The translations under genes were made by a program, and so were the position numbers. This document shows, one piece after another, positions 22,407-34,944 of a DNA stretch of 42,011 bases. The stretch is taken from contig NC_057719.1 of the NCBI RefSeq assembly GCF_004010195.1, positions 15,580,589 through 15,622,599 of the forward strand, written 5' to 3'. The stretch comes from Chiloscyllium plagiosum. Taxonomy: Eukaryota. The notes under the pieces are model-generated. The model did no database searches. It saw nothing but the letters and a program-made list of their open reading frames with translations, and was not told the DNA's origin. Numbering within the stretch: the first letter of the stretch is position 1; each line of letters opens with the position of its first letter.

Positions 22407-25400
22407 CAACTAGAGATCTAATCATTTGTTGTAAAGGGCTTTGAACAAAGGAACTTTTGAGTGTTGTTGGAGTTGCAACCATCCAGACAAATTAGGAGTA
22501 TTCCATCGCACTCCTGACGTGTAGATGATGTACAGGCTTTGTGAAGAAAGGAGGGGGGTTACTCAGTGCAAGGCTCCTGGCTCCTGTTTTCATAGTCGCA
22601 GTATTTATGTGACAAGTTCAGTTCAGTTTCTGTCAATGGTGAACTCCAGGATTTTGGTAGTGAAAGTTTCAGTACCAGTGAATATCAAGGGCCAATGATA
22701 AATGTTCTCTTCTTGGAAATGGTCATTGCCTAGTATTTGGCATGAATATTACTGTTACTTGTCAACTTAAATTTGCATGTTGTCTAGATAATGTCGCATT
22801 AGGGGATCTGGAATGCTTCAGTGTCTGGGAGTCACAAATGATGCTGAACATTGATGACTGTACAATGAACATGCCCACTTCTAACATTATCATGCAGGGA
22901 AGGTCATTGATGAAGTAGCTGAAGATGATTGGAATAGGACACTACCCTTAAGAACCCCTGTAGAAATGTCCTGGAGCTGCAATGATTGACTCCCAACAAC
23001 CACACCATCTTTCTTTGTGCCTGGCATGACTCCAACCAGTGGAGAGATTTCCTGCTGATTCCAGTTTTGCTAGGGCTCCTTGATACCGCACTCGGTCAAA
23101 TGTCACTCTCAACTCACCTATGGAATTCAGCCTATTTGTCCATCTTTGGACAAAGGCTGTAATGATGTCAGGAGCAGAGTGACCCTGGTGGAGCCCAAAC
23201 TAGGTGTCAATGAGCAGGTTGTTGCTGAGCAACTGCTCTTTGATAACACTGTTGATGATATCTTCCATTACTTTACTGATGATCAAGATGTTGGGATAAT
23301 TGGCCAGGTTGGATATGTCCTGCTTTGTGTGGACGGGACATGCCTGGATGATTAGAGAGATGTCAGGCTTATAGATGCCCTGGAACAGCTTGGCTTAGGG
23401 ATTGGCAAGCTCTGGTGCACAAGTCCTCAGTATTATTGCTGGAATGTTGTCTGGGCCCATGGCCTTTTCAGTATCCAATGTCTCCAACTGTTTCTTGACA
23501 TCACATAGAGTGAATCAAATTGGCTGAAAACTGATATCTGTAATTCTGGGACCATTGGAGGAGACAGAGATGGATCATTCACTCATGACTTGCAGTCAGT
23601 GCTTCAGTCTTATCTTTTGCAATGACATGATGGGCTCTTCCATCATTGGGGATGTGGATATTTATGACACCTCCTCCTCCAGTGCGTTGTTTAATTGTCC
23701 ACCACCATTCATAACAGGATGTGTCAGGACTGTAAAGCTTAGATGTGTCTTTCACTTGTTGTTTATGGCTATCTGGCTATTTGTTGACTTCTTCAGGTTG
23801 ATACCTCACTTTTAGTTCTGCCTGGTGCTGCTCCTGGTATGCCCTTCTGCACTCTCCATTGAACCAGGGTTGGTTCCCTGGTTTTATTGTAATGGTTGAT
23901 TGGGGGGAATTTGTGGGCCATGAAGGTGCAGATTGTGTTGGAGTACAATTTGGCCATCGCTGATGGCCCACAGCATCCCATAGAATTGAATTGCTCTGTC
24001 TGTTCTAAGTCTGTCCCTTTTTGCACGGGAATAGTGTCACACAATAAAAAGGTGGATATTCTCAACAAACGTGTGGAGGTCACTCTCACCACCACTTCCA
24101 TGGACAACTGCATATGCAGCAGGCAGATTGGTGATGATAAGTTCAAGTATGCTTTTTGCCTCGTTAGTTTCCTTATCAACAGCCACAGATCCAGTCCTGT
24201 AGCAATGTCCTTTAGGACCTGATCAGCTCAATCAGTAGTGATGCTGCCAAGCCAATCTTGATTGTAGATATTGTAGACCTCTACCCACAGTATATTTTGC
24301 ACCCTTGCTACTCTCGGTGCTTCCTTCAAAATGTTGTTCAAAATAGAGAAGCACTGATTCATTAGCTGAGAGAGGATGGTATGCATAATCAGTCGGAGGT
24401 TTCCTTGCCCATGTTTGACTTGATGCCATGAGACTTAATGGGTTGGAGTCAATGTTCAGGACTCCTTGGGGCAAATGCCTCCTGACTATATACCACTGTG
24501 CCACCACCTCTGCTGCATCTGCCTTGCTGGAGGGTCAGGATAGGATGGTGTTGTTTGGGATGTTGTGTGCAAGGTGTGCTTGAATATGGCTATGTCAGCT
24601 TATTGGGGGAAACTGAGGACTCTAGATGCTGGAGAGTCAGAGTCGAAAAGTATGGCGCTAGAAAAGCACAGCAGGTCAGGCAGCATTTGAGGAGCAGGAG
24701 AGTCAATGTTTTGGGCATAAGACCTTTATCAGGAATGTGGGGGGAAGGGGGCTGAGAGGTAAATAGGAATGTGGGAATGGGGTTTGGGGGCAAGTAGCTG
24801 GGAAGGCGATAGGTGGATGCAGGTGGAGGGTGATTGTGATAGGTTGGTGGGGAGGCTAGAGCAGATAGGTAGGAAGGAAGATGGACAGGCAGGACAGGTC
24901 AAGATGGCAGTGCCAAGTTGGAGAGTTGGATCTGGGATAATCTGGGATAAGGTAGATTTGGATACTAGTGAAGTTGACGTAGATGTTTTGTGGTTGGAGG
25001 GGTCTAAGGCGGAAGACGGGGTGTTCTTCCTCCAGTCGTTCGGTGGCTTGGATTTGTTAGTGTAGGAGGCCCATGACTTACATGTCCTTGGTGGAGTGGG
25101 AGGGGGAGCTGAAGAGGTCGGCCACAGGGCGATGGGGTTGTTGGGTGCGTGTGTCCCAGAGATGTTCCTTGAAATGCTCCGCGAGTTGGTGTGCTGTTTC
25201 ACGGATGTGGAGAAGACCATATCAAGAGCAATGGACACATAGATGAGGTGGGTGGATGTGCAGGAAAATTTCTGCCGGATGTGAAAAGATCCTTTGGGGC
25301 CTTGGACAGAGGTGAGGGGGAAAGTATGGGCACGGGTTTTACACTTCTTGTGGTTAAGAGCAAAGGTGCCAGGTGTGGAGGGTGAGCTGATGGGGGTCGT

Positions 25401-25538
25401 GGACCTAACAAGGGAGTCATGCAGGGAATGGTCTCTGCAGAATACAAATAGGGTTGGGGAGGGAAATAATGTCTCTGGTGGTGGAGTCTGATTGTAGGTG
25501 ATGGAAATGGCAGAGAATAATGCATTACATCCGGATAT

Positions 25539-26821
25539 GATCAGGTGTACCTGAGAACTCTGTGGGAAGCTAGAGAAGTGATTGCTGGGCCTCTTGCTGA
25601 GATATTTGTATCATCAATAGTCATAGGTGAGGTGCCGGAAGACTGGAGGTTGGCAAACGTGGTGCCACAGTTTAAGAAAGGCAGTAAAGACAAGCCAGGG
25701 AACTATAGATCGGTAAGCCTGACCTCGGTGGGTGGGCAAGTTGTTGGAGGGAATCCTGAGGGACAGGATGTACATGTATTTGGAAAGGCAAGGACTGATT
25801 CGGGATAGTCAACGTGGATTTGTGCGTGGGAAATCATGTCTCACAAACTTGATTGCGTTTTTTGAAGAAGTACCAAAGAAGATTGATGAGGGCAGAGCTG
25901 TAGGTGTGATCTATATGGACTTCAGTAAGGCATTCGACAAAGTTCCCCATGGGAGACTGATTAGCAAGGTTAGATCTCANNNNNNNNNNNNNNNNNNNNN
26001 NNNNNNNNNNNNNNNNNNNNNNNNNNNNNNNNNNNNNNNNNNNNNNNNNNNNNNNNNNNNNNNNNNNNNNNNNNNNNNNNNNNNNNNNNNNNNNNNNNNN
26101 NNNNNNNNNNNNNNNNNNNNNNNNNNNNNNNNNNNNNNNNNNNNNNNNNNNNNNNNNNNNNNNNNNNNNNNNNNNNNNNNNNNNNNNNNNNNNNNNNNNN
26201 NNNNNNNNNNNNNNNNNNNNNNNNNNNNNNNNNNNNNNNNNNNNNNNNNNNNNNNNNNNNNNNNNNNNNNNNNNNNNNNNNNNNNNNNNNNNNNNNNNNN
26301 NNNNNNNNNNNNNNNNNNNNNNNNNNNNNNNNNNNNNNNNNNNNNNNNNNNNNNNNNNNNNNNNNNNNNNNNNNNNNNNNNNNNNNNNNNNNNNNNNNNN
26401 NNNNNNNNNNNNNNNNNNNNNNNNNNNNNNNNNNNNNNNNNNNNNNNNNNNNNNNNNNNNNNNNNNNNNNNNNNNNNNNNNNNNNNNNNNNNNNNNNNNN
26501 NNNNNNNNNNNNNNNNNNNNNNNNNNNNNNNNNNNNNNNNNNNNNNNNNNNNNNNNNNNNNNNNNNNNNNNNNNNNNNNNNNNNNNNNNNNNNNNNNNNN
26601 NNNNNGTGTATGGAATGAGCTGCCAGAGGATGTGGTGGAGGCTGGTATAATTGCAACATTTAAGAGGCATTTGGATGGGTATATGAATAGGAAGGGTTTA
26701 GAGGGATATGGGCCGGGTGCTGGCAGGTGGGACGAGATTGGGTTGGGATATTTGGTTGGCATGTACGGGTTGGACCGAAGGGTCTGTTTCCATGCTGTAC
26801 ATCTCTATGACTCTGTGACTC
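25539..26821 (+). mobile_element. Young CR1 LINE inserted in the Penelope element (spans the assembly gap)
   Basis: [38 protein letters not shown], then VWNELPE and the ctctatgactctgtgact tail. Confidence 0.9.
25980..26605. other. Assembly gap (626 N)
   Basis: Run of n. Confidence 1.
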
Positions 26822-28552
26822 TATTAGTGGGGTGGAAGGTGAGAATTGGGTATCTTCTATCCTTGTTGTAAATGGAGGGGTGGAGTTCAAGGGCAGAGGT
26901 GCCGGAGGTGGAGGAGATGCACTGGAGGGCCTTGTTGACAATGTGGGAGGGCAAATTGCACTCCTTGAAGTAGGAGGCCATCTGGGATGTTCTGGAGTGA
27001 AATTACTCCTCCTGGGAGCAGATACGGCAGTGGCAGAGGAATTGGGAGTAAGGGATCATGTTTTTACAGGGGGGGGGGGGGCATGGGATGAGGTATAGTC
27101 CAGGTTGCTATGGGGGTTGGTAGGTATGAAATAGATGTTCATGTTCAGTTGGTTGCCAGAGATAGAGAGGTCCAGGAAGGGGAGGAAGGTGTCTGAGAAG
27201 GTACAGGTGAACCTAAGGTCAGGGTGGAAGGTGTTAGTGAAGTTGATGAACTGTTCCATCTCCTTGTGAGAGCACGAGGTGGTGCCGATACAGACATCAG
27301 TGTAGCGGAGGAAGAGGTGGGGATGTTGCCGGTCTAACTGCGGAGGATAGACAGTTCCATGTATCCTACAAAGAGGCAGGCATAGCTGGGGCCCAGATGG
27401 TGCCCATAGCCCTGGCCAACAATGCCTCATCTTCCCCATGGACATCCAGTCCCTACACACATTCATCCACCATGGCAAAGGCCTCCACGCTTGCCATTTC
27501 TTCCTGTCCTGCCGACCCAACCAGTACCCCACTGCCAACATTCAATTGGGGGAACTGGTCCTGACCCTCAATAATTTCTCCTTCAAATCCTCCCACTTCC
27601 TTCAGAACAAAGGGGTATCCATGGGCACAGTTCTCCCACTTTTGACACAATGTTTGTGAGAAGGGCATTGCAAGATTGACAAGACTGTTTCTGCCATTGT
27701 TGAGCCTGATGCCTTATTCGATGCCTGGTTGTCCATCTGGTTGTCATTCCTTTTCTCCCTTCTAGCAGTTGATTCAACTGAGTGGCTTGCTTGGCCATTT
27801 CAGAGGATAGTTGTGAGTCAGTCACATTGCTGTGGTCTGGAATCACATGTAGGCCAGACTAAGTGAGCATGGCAGTTTTATTCCCTAAAGGACATTAATG
27901 ATTCAGATGGGCTTTTACGACAACCATTTCACAGTCACTATTAGACATGAAATTCTAATTTGAATTCAGAAATTAAATTCACCTTCCACCATCTGCTGTT
28001 GTGAGATGCAAACGCAGGTTCCCAGAACATTACATGGGTCTGTGGATCACTAGTCTAGTAACAATAGCACAAGGCCATCACTCTCCCTGTAGCAGTGACT
28101 GTCTCCTTGCCATCGTCTGGGGCCTAATGCCAACATTTGAAGAATTATCGCATAGATTAATCAATTTATCTTAAAATAATGGTCTTAGCATAAATATAAG
28201 TGTTGCTTACTATTAATGCACTGGGAACAACCTAAGTCAGAGTATTCACAAGATTTTTAAAAAAATTACTCACCTTAATTCTGAGTTACTTCCCACTTAA
28301 AACACAAGTTGTGGGAATTTCACCCCGCTCACCAGCACTGGCTGCTTATTTCAGAAAGCAACATAAATATATCTTGAGTGTACAGAGTCCTGAGACCACA
28401 GAAATGTGATTGCTGTGGGTTGTGGGCTGATACCTGAAATAACTTGATAGAGAACTTCAGAATCAAAAAGAACAACACTGCTTTGTTTTAATTTTCAAGT
28501 TTGGGTGAATTGTAAAGCACTCTTTGTTTTTTGGTGCTTTTATTTTATTTCA

Positions 28553-28835
28553 GAACTTGAGGGCATAGGTTTAGGATGAGAGGGGAAATGGATCTAAGGG
28601 GCAACTTTTTCACACAGGGTGGTGCTTGTATGGAATGAGCTGCCAGAGGAAGTGGTGGAGGCTGGGACAATTACAGCATTTAAAAGGCATCTGGATTGTT
28701 ATATGAATAGGAAGGGTTTAGAGGGATATGGGCCAATTGCAGGCAAATGGGGTGAGATTAGGTTGGGATATCTGGTCAGCATGGATGAGTTGGACCAAAG
28801 GGTCTGTTTCTGTGCTGTACGTCTCTATGACTCTA
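28553..28835 (+). mobile_element. CR1 3' end
   Basis: VWNELPEEVVEAGTITAFKRHLD and ctctatgactct tail. Confidence 0.9.
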
Positions 28836-29067
28836 ATAGAAGCCCGCAGACAAATGTGTTCTGACTGCAGAAGATTCTTCCCAGACTCCTCTGGTACCTT
28901 GCCCAAAACATTTAATCTTTGCACATGATCTGGAATGCTAATTGGGGGCTGACTACATGAAGAGTACCACAAAACAATGGAGAGTTATTCAGGCTCTAGC
29001 TTCCCCCTTCCCCTGGCTTTGCACAGTGGTAAGCTAGTAATTTACAGTATTACAAATAGTTTCTACC

Positions 29068-29720
29068 ATGGCTCATTGGTAACAATCTTTCTTTTGAATC
29101 GGAGGTTGGAGGTTCAAGTCCAGCTCCAGCGATGTCAACACAACAATCTAGACTGCCATCCCAGCCCCATACTGAGCGAATGCAGCACTGCCGATCATAG
29201 TATCTTTTGTGATGCGGCATTAAACTGCAAACTACCCACAAAGTAAAACTGGTGAATGAGATTATACGTATCTGCTATACTTCAAAATAAAGGTGCTGTG
29301 TACCCATTTCCAAGTATCACAGGCTTTTCCCCCTTGGTCATCGGCCCTGTCAATTTGAGTACATGAGAGAGAGAGATGAATAGAAGGATATTCTGATTGG
29401 GCGAGATGGAGTATGATGCGAGGTAGCTCATGTCAAACATTAATTTCAACACTTTTAAGTCTGAATGGTTTCTGTGCTGCAAATAAAAGCACAATTCTAA
29501 GAGCAAAGATGCTAGCCCCGCTGTCCTGGTAATGAGTTAACCTTCAACCAACATAAATTACTCTGTCATTATCAAATGCTGTTTGAGGGACCTTGCTGCA
29601 GTTATATTAGCTGCTGCATTTACGACAGTGCAATAACAACCAGATTTCAAAAGAACTTTGTTGACTGTAAAGAATTTTAGGATGTGCAGATTACGAAAGG
29701 TCCTACATAAATGTAGGTCC
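29068..29720 (+). mobile_element. DeuSINE, interrupted at about 29240-29490
   Basis: Head tggctcattggtaac...ggttcaagtcc, actgagcgaatgcagcactg body, Deu-domain-like tgctgtttgagggaccttgctg...tagctgctgcattt and L2-type tail. Confidence 0.65.
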
Positions 29721-30901
29721 CCAAATATTGCTTTGATTAATTCAGCACCATGTTTCCTCTTCGGCATTGCTTGGCTTCACAACAAGTAGTACTTAAAAGG
29801 GAAAGACTTACATTTAGAGAAAGTGACCCTGAGTAAAACAGAACTCTTATCACAGACACAGTACCATTTCATGACACTGAACTATCTCTAATGTGTTCAC
29901 ATGCAATTGAATGATTCCTAAGTAGGCAAAGAGGGAAGCCATTTGCACCCATTAAGATTCACAAATGAATATTACTTAAGTCATTTGGTGATCACCTATT
30001 ATATCACCATCTCTTCTTCCCTCATTGCCCACTTAGAATTAGCAGCCGTTTCTCCAGTTGAAACAGGTCAACCAAAGTTTGGACACAAGCTTACTTAATC
30101 TGTGACTAAGGAGTGATTGTTTGATAGAATGCTACAGCGGAAGCTATACTCTAGATTAAAGGGGCTGGATGTTAGGCAAGTTGTGTCAACTTCATTTTTG
30201 CGATTCTCCCACTATCAACAATTTTTCTTCAAAGTGAACAGCCATAAGTTTTTAAACTGTGCTGCTAGTGTCGACCTACAATTCTTGGGTGCCTCACATT
30301 CTGCCATCAGCGCAATTGTTTCCTTTGTGGCCCACTAATCCAGGCCAGCGAGTCAGCAGGCTTGTGATGTGAAGCCAAATAACTTCATAAGCGCAACAAC
30401 TGCTGACACATATAGGCTGACCCACCAGAAAATTGTAATTAAAACAATCAAGCTAACAACAACAGGAAGACTCTCACCCAGTTATCTTTAATGATTTTTT
30501 AGATTTAGCTTGGAAAATGTAACCATTAGTGAAGAGCTACTTTTTTGAACAGATCTACAGGAAACTGGCAGTAAGAGAATGACTTACATTGCTGTAGTTC
30601 CCTTTTTTAAGTCACTGTTGTAGAAAGAGCATAATTAAGTTGCAAAGTCGCCAAAACAGAAAATAATTTATCAGATAATCTATTTTAATGATGCTTATGA
30701 TAAGTAAATAATTTCACACAACACATGGAAAAGCTAAAACTGAAACAGCTGGAGTTGCTGTGACTGTATGTCACCGTTACCATTCAGGCCTGCAGTATTG
30801 GGGAATGCTCTGACTTGAGCCAGTTGGAATACTATATACAATTCTGACCACCATACTTTAAGAAGGATGCAAAGACATCGGAAAGAATGGTTGATGAGAA
30901 T

Positions 30902-31499
30902 AAGAGCATAAGACATAGGAGCAGAATTAAACTATTTAGCCCATCGATCTGCTCCACATTCGATCGTAACTGATATGTTTCTCAACCCCATTCTCCTGCC
31001 TTCTCCCCATAACCCTTGATGCCCTTATTAAGAAGAAACCTATCTCTATCTTAAGTACACTCAATGACTTGGCCTCCATATCCCTCTGTGCCACAGTTCT
31101 ATGGATTAACCACCATGTGGCTGAAGGAATTCCTCCTTACATCAAAAGGGTTGTCACTTCATTCTGAGGCTGTTCCCTCAGGTCCTAATTTCCCCTCCTA
31201 GTGGAAACATCATCTTCATGTCCACTCTATCCAGGCCTCCCAGAATTCTCTAAGTTTCAATCAAATTCCCCCTTATCCTTCTAAACTCTATGAGTACAGA
31301 CCCAGAGTCAGCAACCACCCCTCGTATGACAAGCCCTTCATTCTTGTAAAGGAGCATTCTTGTAAGCCCCCTCTGGACTCCCTCCAATGCCAACTCACCC
31401 TTCATTAGGTACAGGGGCCCAAAACTGCTCACAACATTTCAAATGCAATCTGACCAGCCCCTTATACAGCCTCAGCAATACATCCCTGCTCTTGTATTC
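30902..31499 (-). mobile_element. CR1 3' portion
   Basis: Reverse tail cataagacataggagcagaatt; ORF LALEGVQRGLTRML...IRGNLIET. Confidence 0.85.
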
Positions 31500-31536
31500 T
31501 GAGAATGGTTCCAGGGATGAGAAAGTTCAGTTAAGA

Positions 31537-32560
31537 AGTAACAAAGAGGATTCATGAGGGCAGACCAGTGGACGTGATCTGTATGGACTTCAGTAAGGCG
31601 TTCGACAAGGTTTCCCATGGGAGACTGGTTGGCAAGGTCCGATCTCACGGAATACAGAGAGAACTAGCTATTTGGATACAGAACTGGCTCAAAGATAGAA
31701 GACAGAGGGTGATGGTGGAGGATTGTTTTTCAGACTGGAGGCCTGTGACCAGTGGAGTGCCACAAGGATCGGTGCTAGGTCCACCATTTTTCGTCATTTA
31801 TATTAATGATTTGGATGTGAGCATAAGATGTACAGTTAGTAAGTTTTGAACAAAGAGACCTTGGAGTGCAGGTTCATAGCTCCTTGAAAGTGGAGTGGCA
31901 GGTGGTTAGGATAGTGAAGAAGGCGTTTGATATGCTTTCTTTTATTGGTCAGAGTATGGAGTACAGGAGTTGGGAGGTAATGTTGCGGCTGTACAGGACA
32001 TTAGTTAGGCCACTTTTGGAATGTTGCATGCAATTCTGGTCTCCTTCCTATTGGAAAGATGTTGTGAAACTTGAAAGGATTCAGAAAAGATTCACAAGGA
32101 TGTTGCCAGGGTTGGAGGATTTGAGCTATAGGGAAAGGTTGAATAAGCTGGGGCTGTTTTCCCTGGAGTGTCGGAGGCTGAGGGGTGACCTTATAGAGGC
32201 TTACAAAATCATGAGGGGCATGGATAGAATAAATAGACAAAGTCTCTTCCCTGGGGTGGGGGAGCCAGGAACTCGAGGGCATAGGTTTAGGGTGAGAGGG
32301 GAAAGATATAAAAGAGACCTAAGGGGCAACTTCTTCAAGCAGAGGGTGGTACGTGTATGGAATAAGCTGCCAGAGGATGTGGTGGTACAATTGCAATATT
32401 TAAAGGGCGCCTGGCTGAGTATATGAATAGGAAGGGTTTGGAGTGATATTGTCCAGGTGCTGGCAGGAGGGACTAGAGTGGGTTGGGATATCTGATCAGC
32501 ATGGATGAGTTGGACCAAAGGGTCTGTTTCCACGCTGTACATCTCTATGGCTCTATGACT
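31537..32560 (+). mobile_element. CR1 LINE 3' half with internal deletion at about 31846
   Basis: [10 protein letters not shown] and [11 protein letters not shown]; the sequence jumps after SKF (ADD motif lost); LECRRLRGDLIEAYK; tail ctctatggctctatgact. Confidence 0.92.
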
Positions 32561-34180
32561 TTAAGAGCACAGATTGGACTGTTTTACTTGGAGAGGTGAA
32601 GACTAAGAGGAGATCTGATAGACATTTTCTAAATCACATGGGGACTGGACAGAGAAAATATTTTGGAGAAGAAGCAAATGCATGGTGAGAAAAAACATTT
32701 TCATGCAGCAAGTGGTTAGGGCATGGATCACAGAGCCTGGAAGTAGAGGGCAGTAGATAAATAGAAAAATGGAAAATAGAAAGTAAAAAATAGAAAAAAA
32801 AGTGCAGTGTTACATGGCAAATACACAAGTTTGTGACAAGATCAAAATGCTTCACGAGCCAGTACAAACTCAGGGGGGCGAATGGCCTTCTGCATCATAA
32901 CAATTCTGTTATCACAATCTTGATAAGGAAGTTATTTCATTCAAAATATGGAAAAACTAATATTGAAACAGTCAGAATAATACTGATAGCAACCAAAGAG
33001 ACAATCAGATTATAATGTTGTGGCAATACAACAACCGGAGGGAGGACTATTCAGCACAGAAATGAAGGGAAAGTGAAAGAAATATCAGAGGAAGAATGAC
33101 TGGGCTTTGATATTGGGCGTCTTTTCTGAGCCGTTTTCAAGAGACCATTGTGTTGTGGACAAGTTGGTTGGACTGACGTCTCATATGGGATTAACTCGCA
33201 GTTGCAGTGTGCAAATACTCCCATGCACTTCTGAGAAAACACAATATTCATGGGTGAGGGAGCAGATCTGTGTCTTTCCTGGGAGATACTCTCAGGAGAT
33301 TAAGGGATGAGTTTGTGCTTGGGTCACTGATCACCTTCTGATTTAATTGTCTGTTCAGCTGTCAGCTTCTGTCCACTTCTCAGCTGAAGACTGAGCTGTT
33401 TAGAACTTCAACGCTTTTCCACTCAGCACAGTTCCCGAAGGGACATTTCAACTATCCTGTTTGTGAAGATTATTCTCTTTGGGTTAGACTAGTTGGTCCC
33501 TTGCTGTCTCGTACATTCCACATAACTTATCAGCCTGTCATTAACTTTACAAAAATCCGGACCTGCTGTGTTAATGCAACTGAGGAAAGGAAAATTAATT
33601 AATATACAGCTCAGCCATGATCTAACTGAATGTGCAATAAGATCGAGGGCTAAATGGTCTTCCTCTGTTCTTATGTGCAAGTCCAGTTTGGTTGATGATA
33701 AACAATTTATAGATTTTAAAACCAGCACTATCTCCAGCTGAGAAAAAGTATTTGTATGTTGTACCAGTTACAATGAGAGTGGAAAAGAAATGCTTTAAAC
33801 TGCAAAATTTCCTCAAAGTGAAGTACTTTTATTAGGAAATACTGGCACTGAATTCTCCTTCACTTTCTAATGCTGTAGAGAGGTAAAAGAGCCATGACGA
33901 ATTGAGTCAGACACCCGGGATTAGCTTCCCATTGTTCCTGAAGACTCTCTCACGCTGAATTGCAAGAATGGGGAAGGGAAGCAAGTTCACTACATGACCT
34001 GTCAGTGACCTCAAAGGGGGTCAGTGATGCACAAAAACAGGGATCATACTCATAGAAGACCAAAAGGAAGAGATTGCTAGACTAAGACACTAGGATCAAA
34101 CAGTTTGCGCATGGTTATTATCATAACAAGTGTTCTACTATTTAGCGAACAAGCTCCATGATCCACAGGATTGCCCATTT

Positions 34181-34482
34181 CCACAGTGGCTCAGTGGTTA
34201 GCACTGCTGCCTCACAAGACATGGGACCTGGGTTTGATTACAGCCTCGAGTGACTGTATATGTGGAGTTTGCACATTCTCCCCATGTCTGTGTGGGTTTC
34301 CTCTGGGTGTGCCAGTTTCCTCCCACAGTCCAAAGATGTGTAGGTTAGGTGGATTGGCCATGGGAGAGGTGGGTTATGGGGATTAGGTGGGGGACTGGGT
34401 CTGCATGGAATGGTCTTTGGAGGGTGAGAGCAGACTCGCTAGGATGTTTGGTCTCTTTCCTCACTGGGGATTCTCTGATTCT
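34181..34482 (+). mobile_element. HE1-like SINE
   Basis: cacagtggctcagtggttagcactgctgcctcac head and HE1 core. Confidence 0.85.
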
Positions 34483-34816
34483 GAAATGGTGTTCTCATTA
34501 AGGATTTTTATTTTTGCAAGAGCCTATTCTCATGAAAGCTGTACCCATCACTTTTTTTTAACTAGGTGTCAATGTGAGAATAAGTAGAGATTTATTGCTG
34601 TCCTTTTCCAGCGCAGAGCTGACAGGCCTTCAACCTGTCTCAGAGGCCACCAAGAACCCTGCATGCATAATCTAACCCACTGCACTACTGTACAGACTGT
34701 CCCTAACAGACAGTCACACATCCCCTTACTGGAACACGCACGGTTTCTTGTCTCGAACACATACTTCGTGCTCCTCAAGTGTTGCCAAGGATCAGCTACG
34801 ATTTTAATTTGCTTAC

Positions 34817-34924
34817 CTTAACATCCAGGAAGTATGTTTTCAATGTGGTTGAGCTGGGATAACGGATGTAGAAGAACATCAGCTTGGCCTTCTTCAGGTG
34901 ATTAGGCGTTAGTCCGTCCTGAAC
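34817..34924 (-). CDS. PROX1-like: Prox/Prospero-family homeobox gene, internal coding exon equivalent to PROX1 exon 3 (start of homeodomain); paralog unresolved
   Basis: The minus strand translates [36 protein letters not shown] (36 codons), colinear with PROX1 [36 protein letters not shown]. It ends AAG|gtaagc (donor 34816-34811). The 5' boundary is inferred from homology and a U12-like branch site. It is too short for the ORF track. Confidence 0.95.
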
Positions 34925-34944
34925 ATGGAGACTGGTTAAGGGAA
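34925..34944 (-). promoter_or_regulatory. Putative U12-type branch site and 3' splice site
   Basis: The minus strand reads ttcCCTTAACcagtctccAT|GTT. CCTTAAC (34941-34935) matches the U12 branch consensus and ends 10 nt before the homology-predicted exon start. Confidence 0.7.

Larger units (their letters stand above)
24610..27628 (-). mobile_element. Penelope-like element: pseudo-LTR (24610-24740), GIY-YIG region (to about 25535), RT (26822-27412), inverted 5' RT piece (27413-27628, plus strand)
   Basis: PHLFLRYTDVCIG...EQFINFTNTFHPDLRFT on the minus strand and MDIQSLHT...LTLNNFSF...KGVSMGT on the plus strand; colinear with the 20070 and 41498 copies. Confidence 0.85.
22430..28087 (-). mobile_element. 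Decayed non-LTR retrotransposon (APE endonuclease plus RT, clade unresolved), interrupted by a Penelope element at 24610-27628
   Basis: Minus-strand peptides TIKPGNQPWFNGECRRAYQEQHQA and YHPLSANESVLLYFEQHFE, RT motif GS*G*CP (QGSVLGP-like) near 22940. Sequence resumes at 27629 and runs into a tRNA-like head. Confidence 0.7.
30800..32912 (+). mobile_element. Old CR1 3' region hosting two younger CR1 insertions
   Basis: Host is continuous across TSDs tgagaat (30895-30901 / 31500-31506) and ttaaga (31531-31536 / 32561-32566). Confidence 0.7.
18079..34816 (-). other. GT-AG intron of the Prox gene (16,738 bp as assembled, including the gap)
   Basis: Donor gtaagc at 34816 and acceptor ccag at 18079 join ...DVK|FNRC..., as in PROX1. 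Confidence 0.9.

Noticed and set aside
25732..26871. Long ORFs of 229-379 aa
   Set aside because: Artefacts of the N gap inside a CR1 element.
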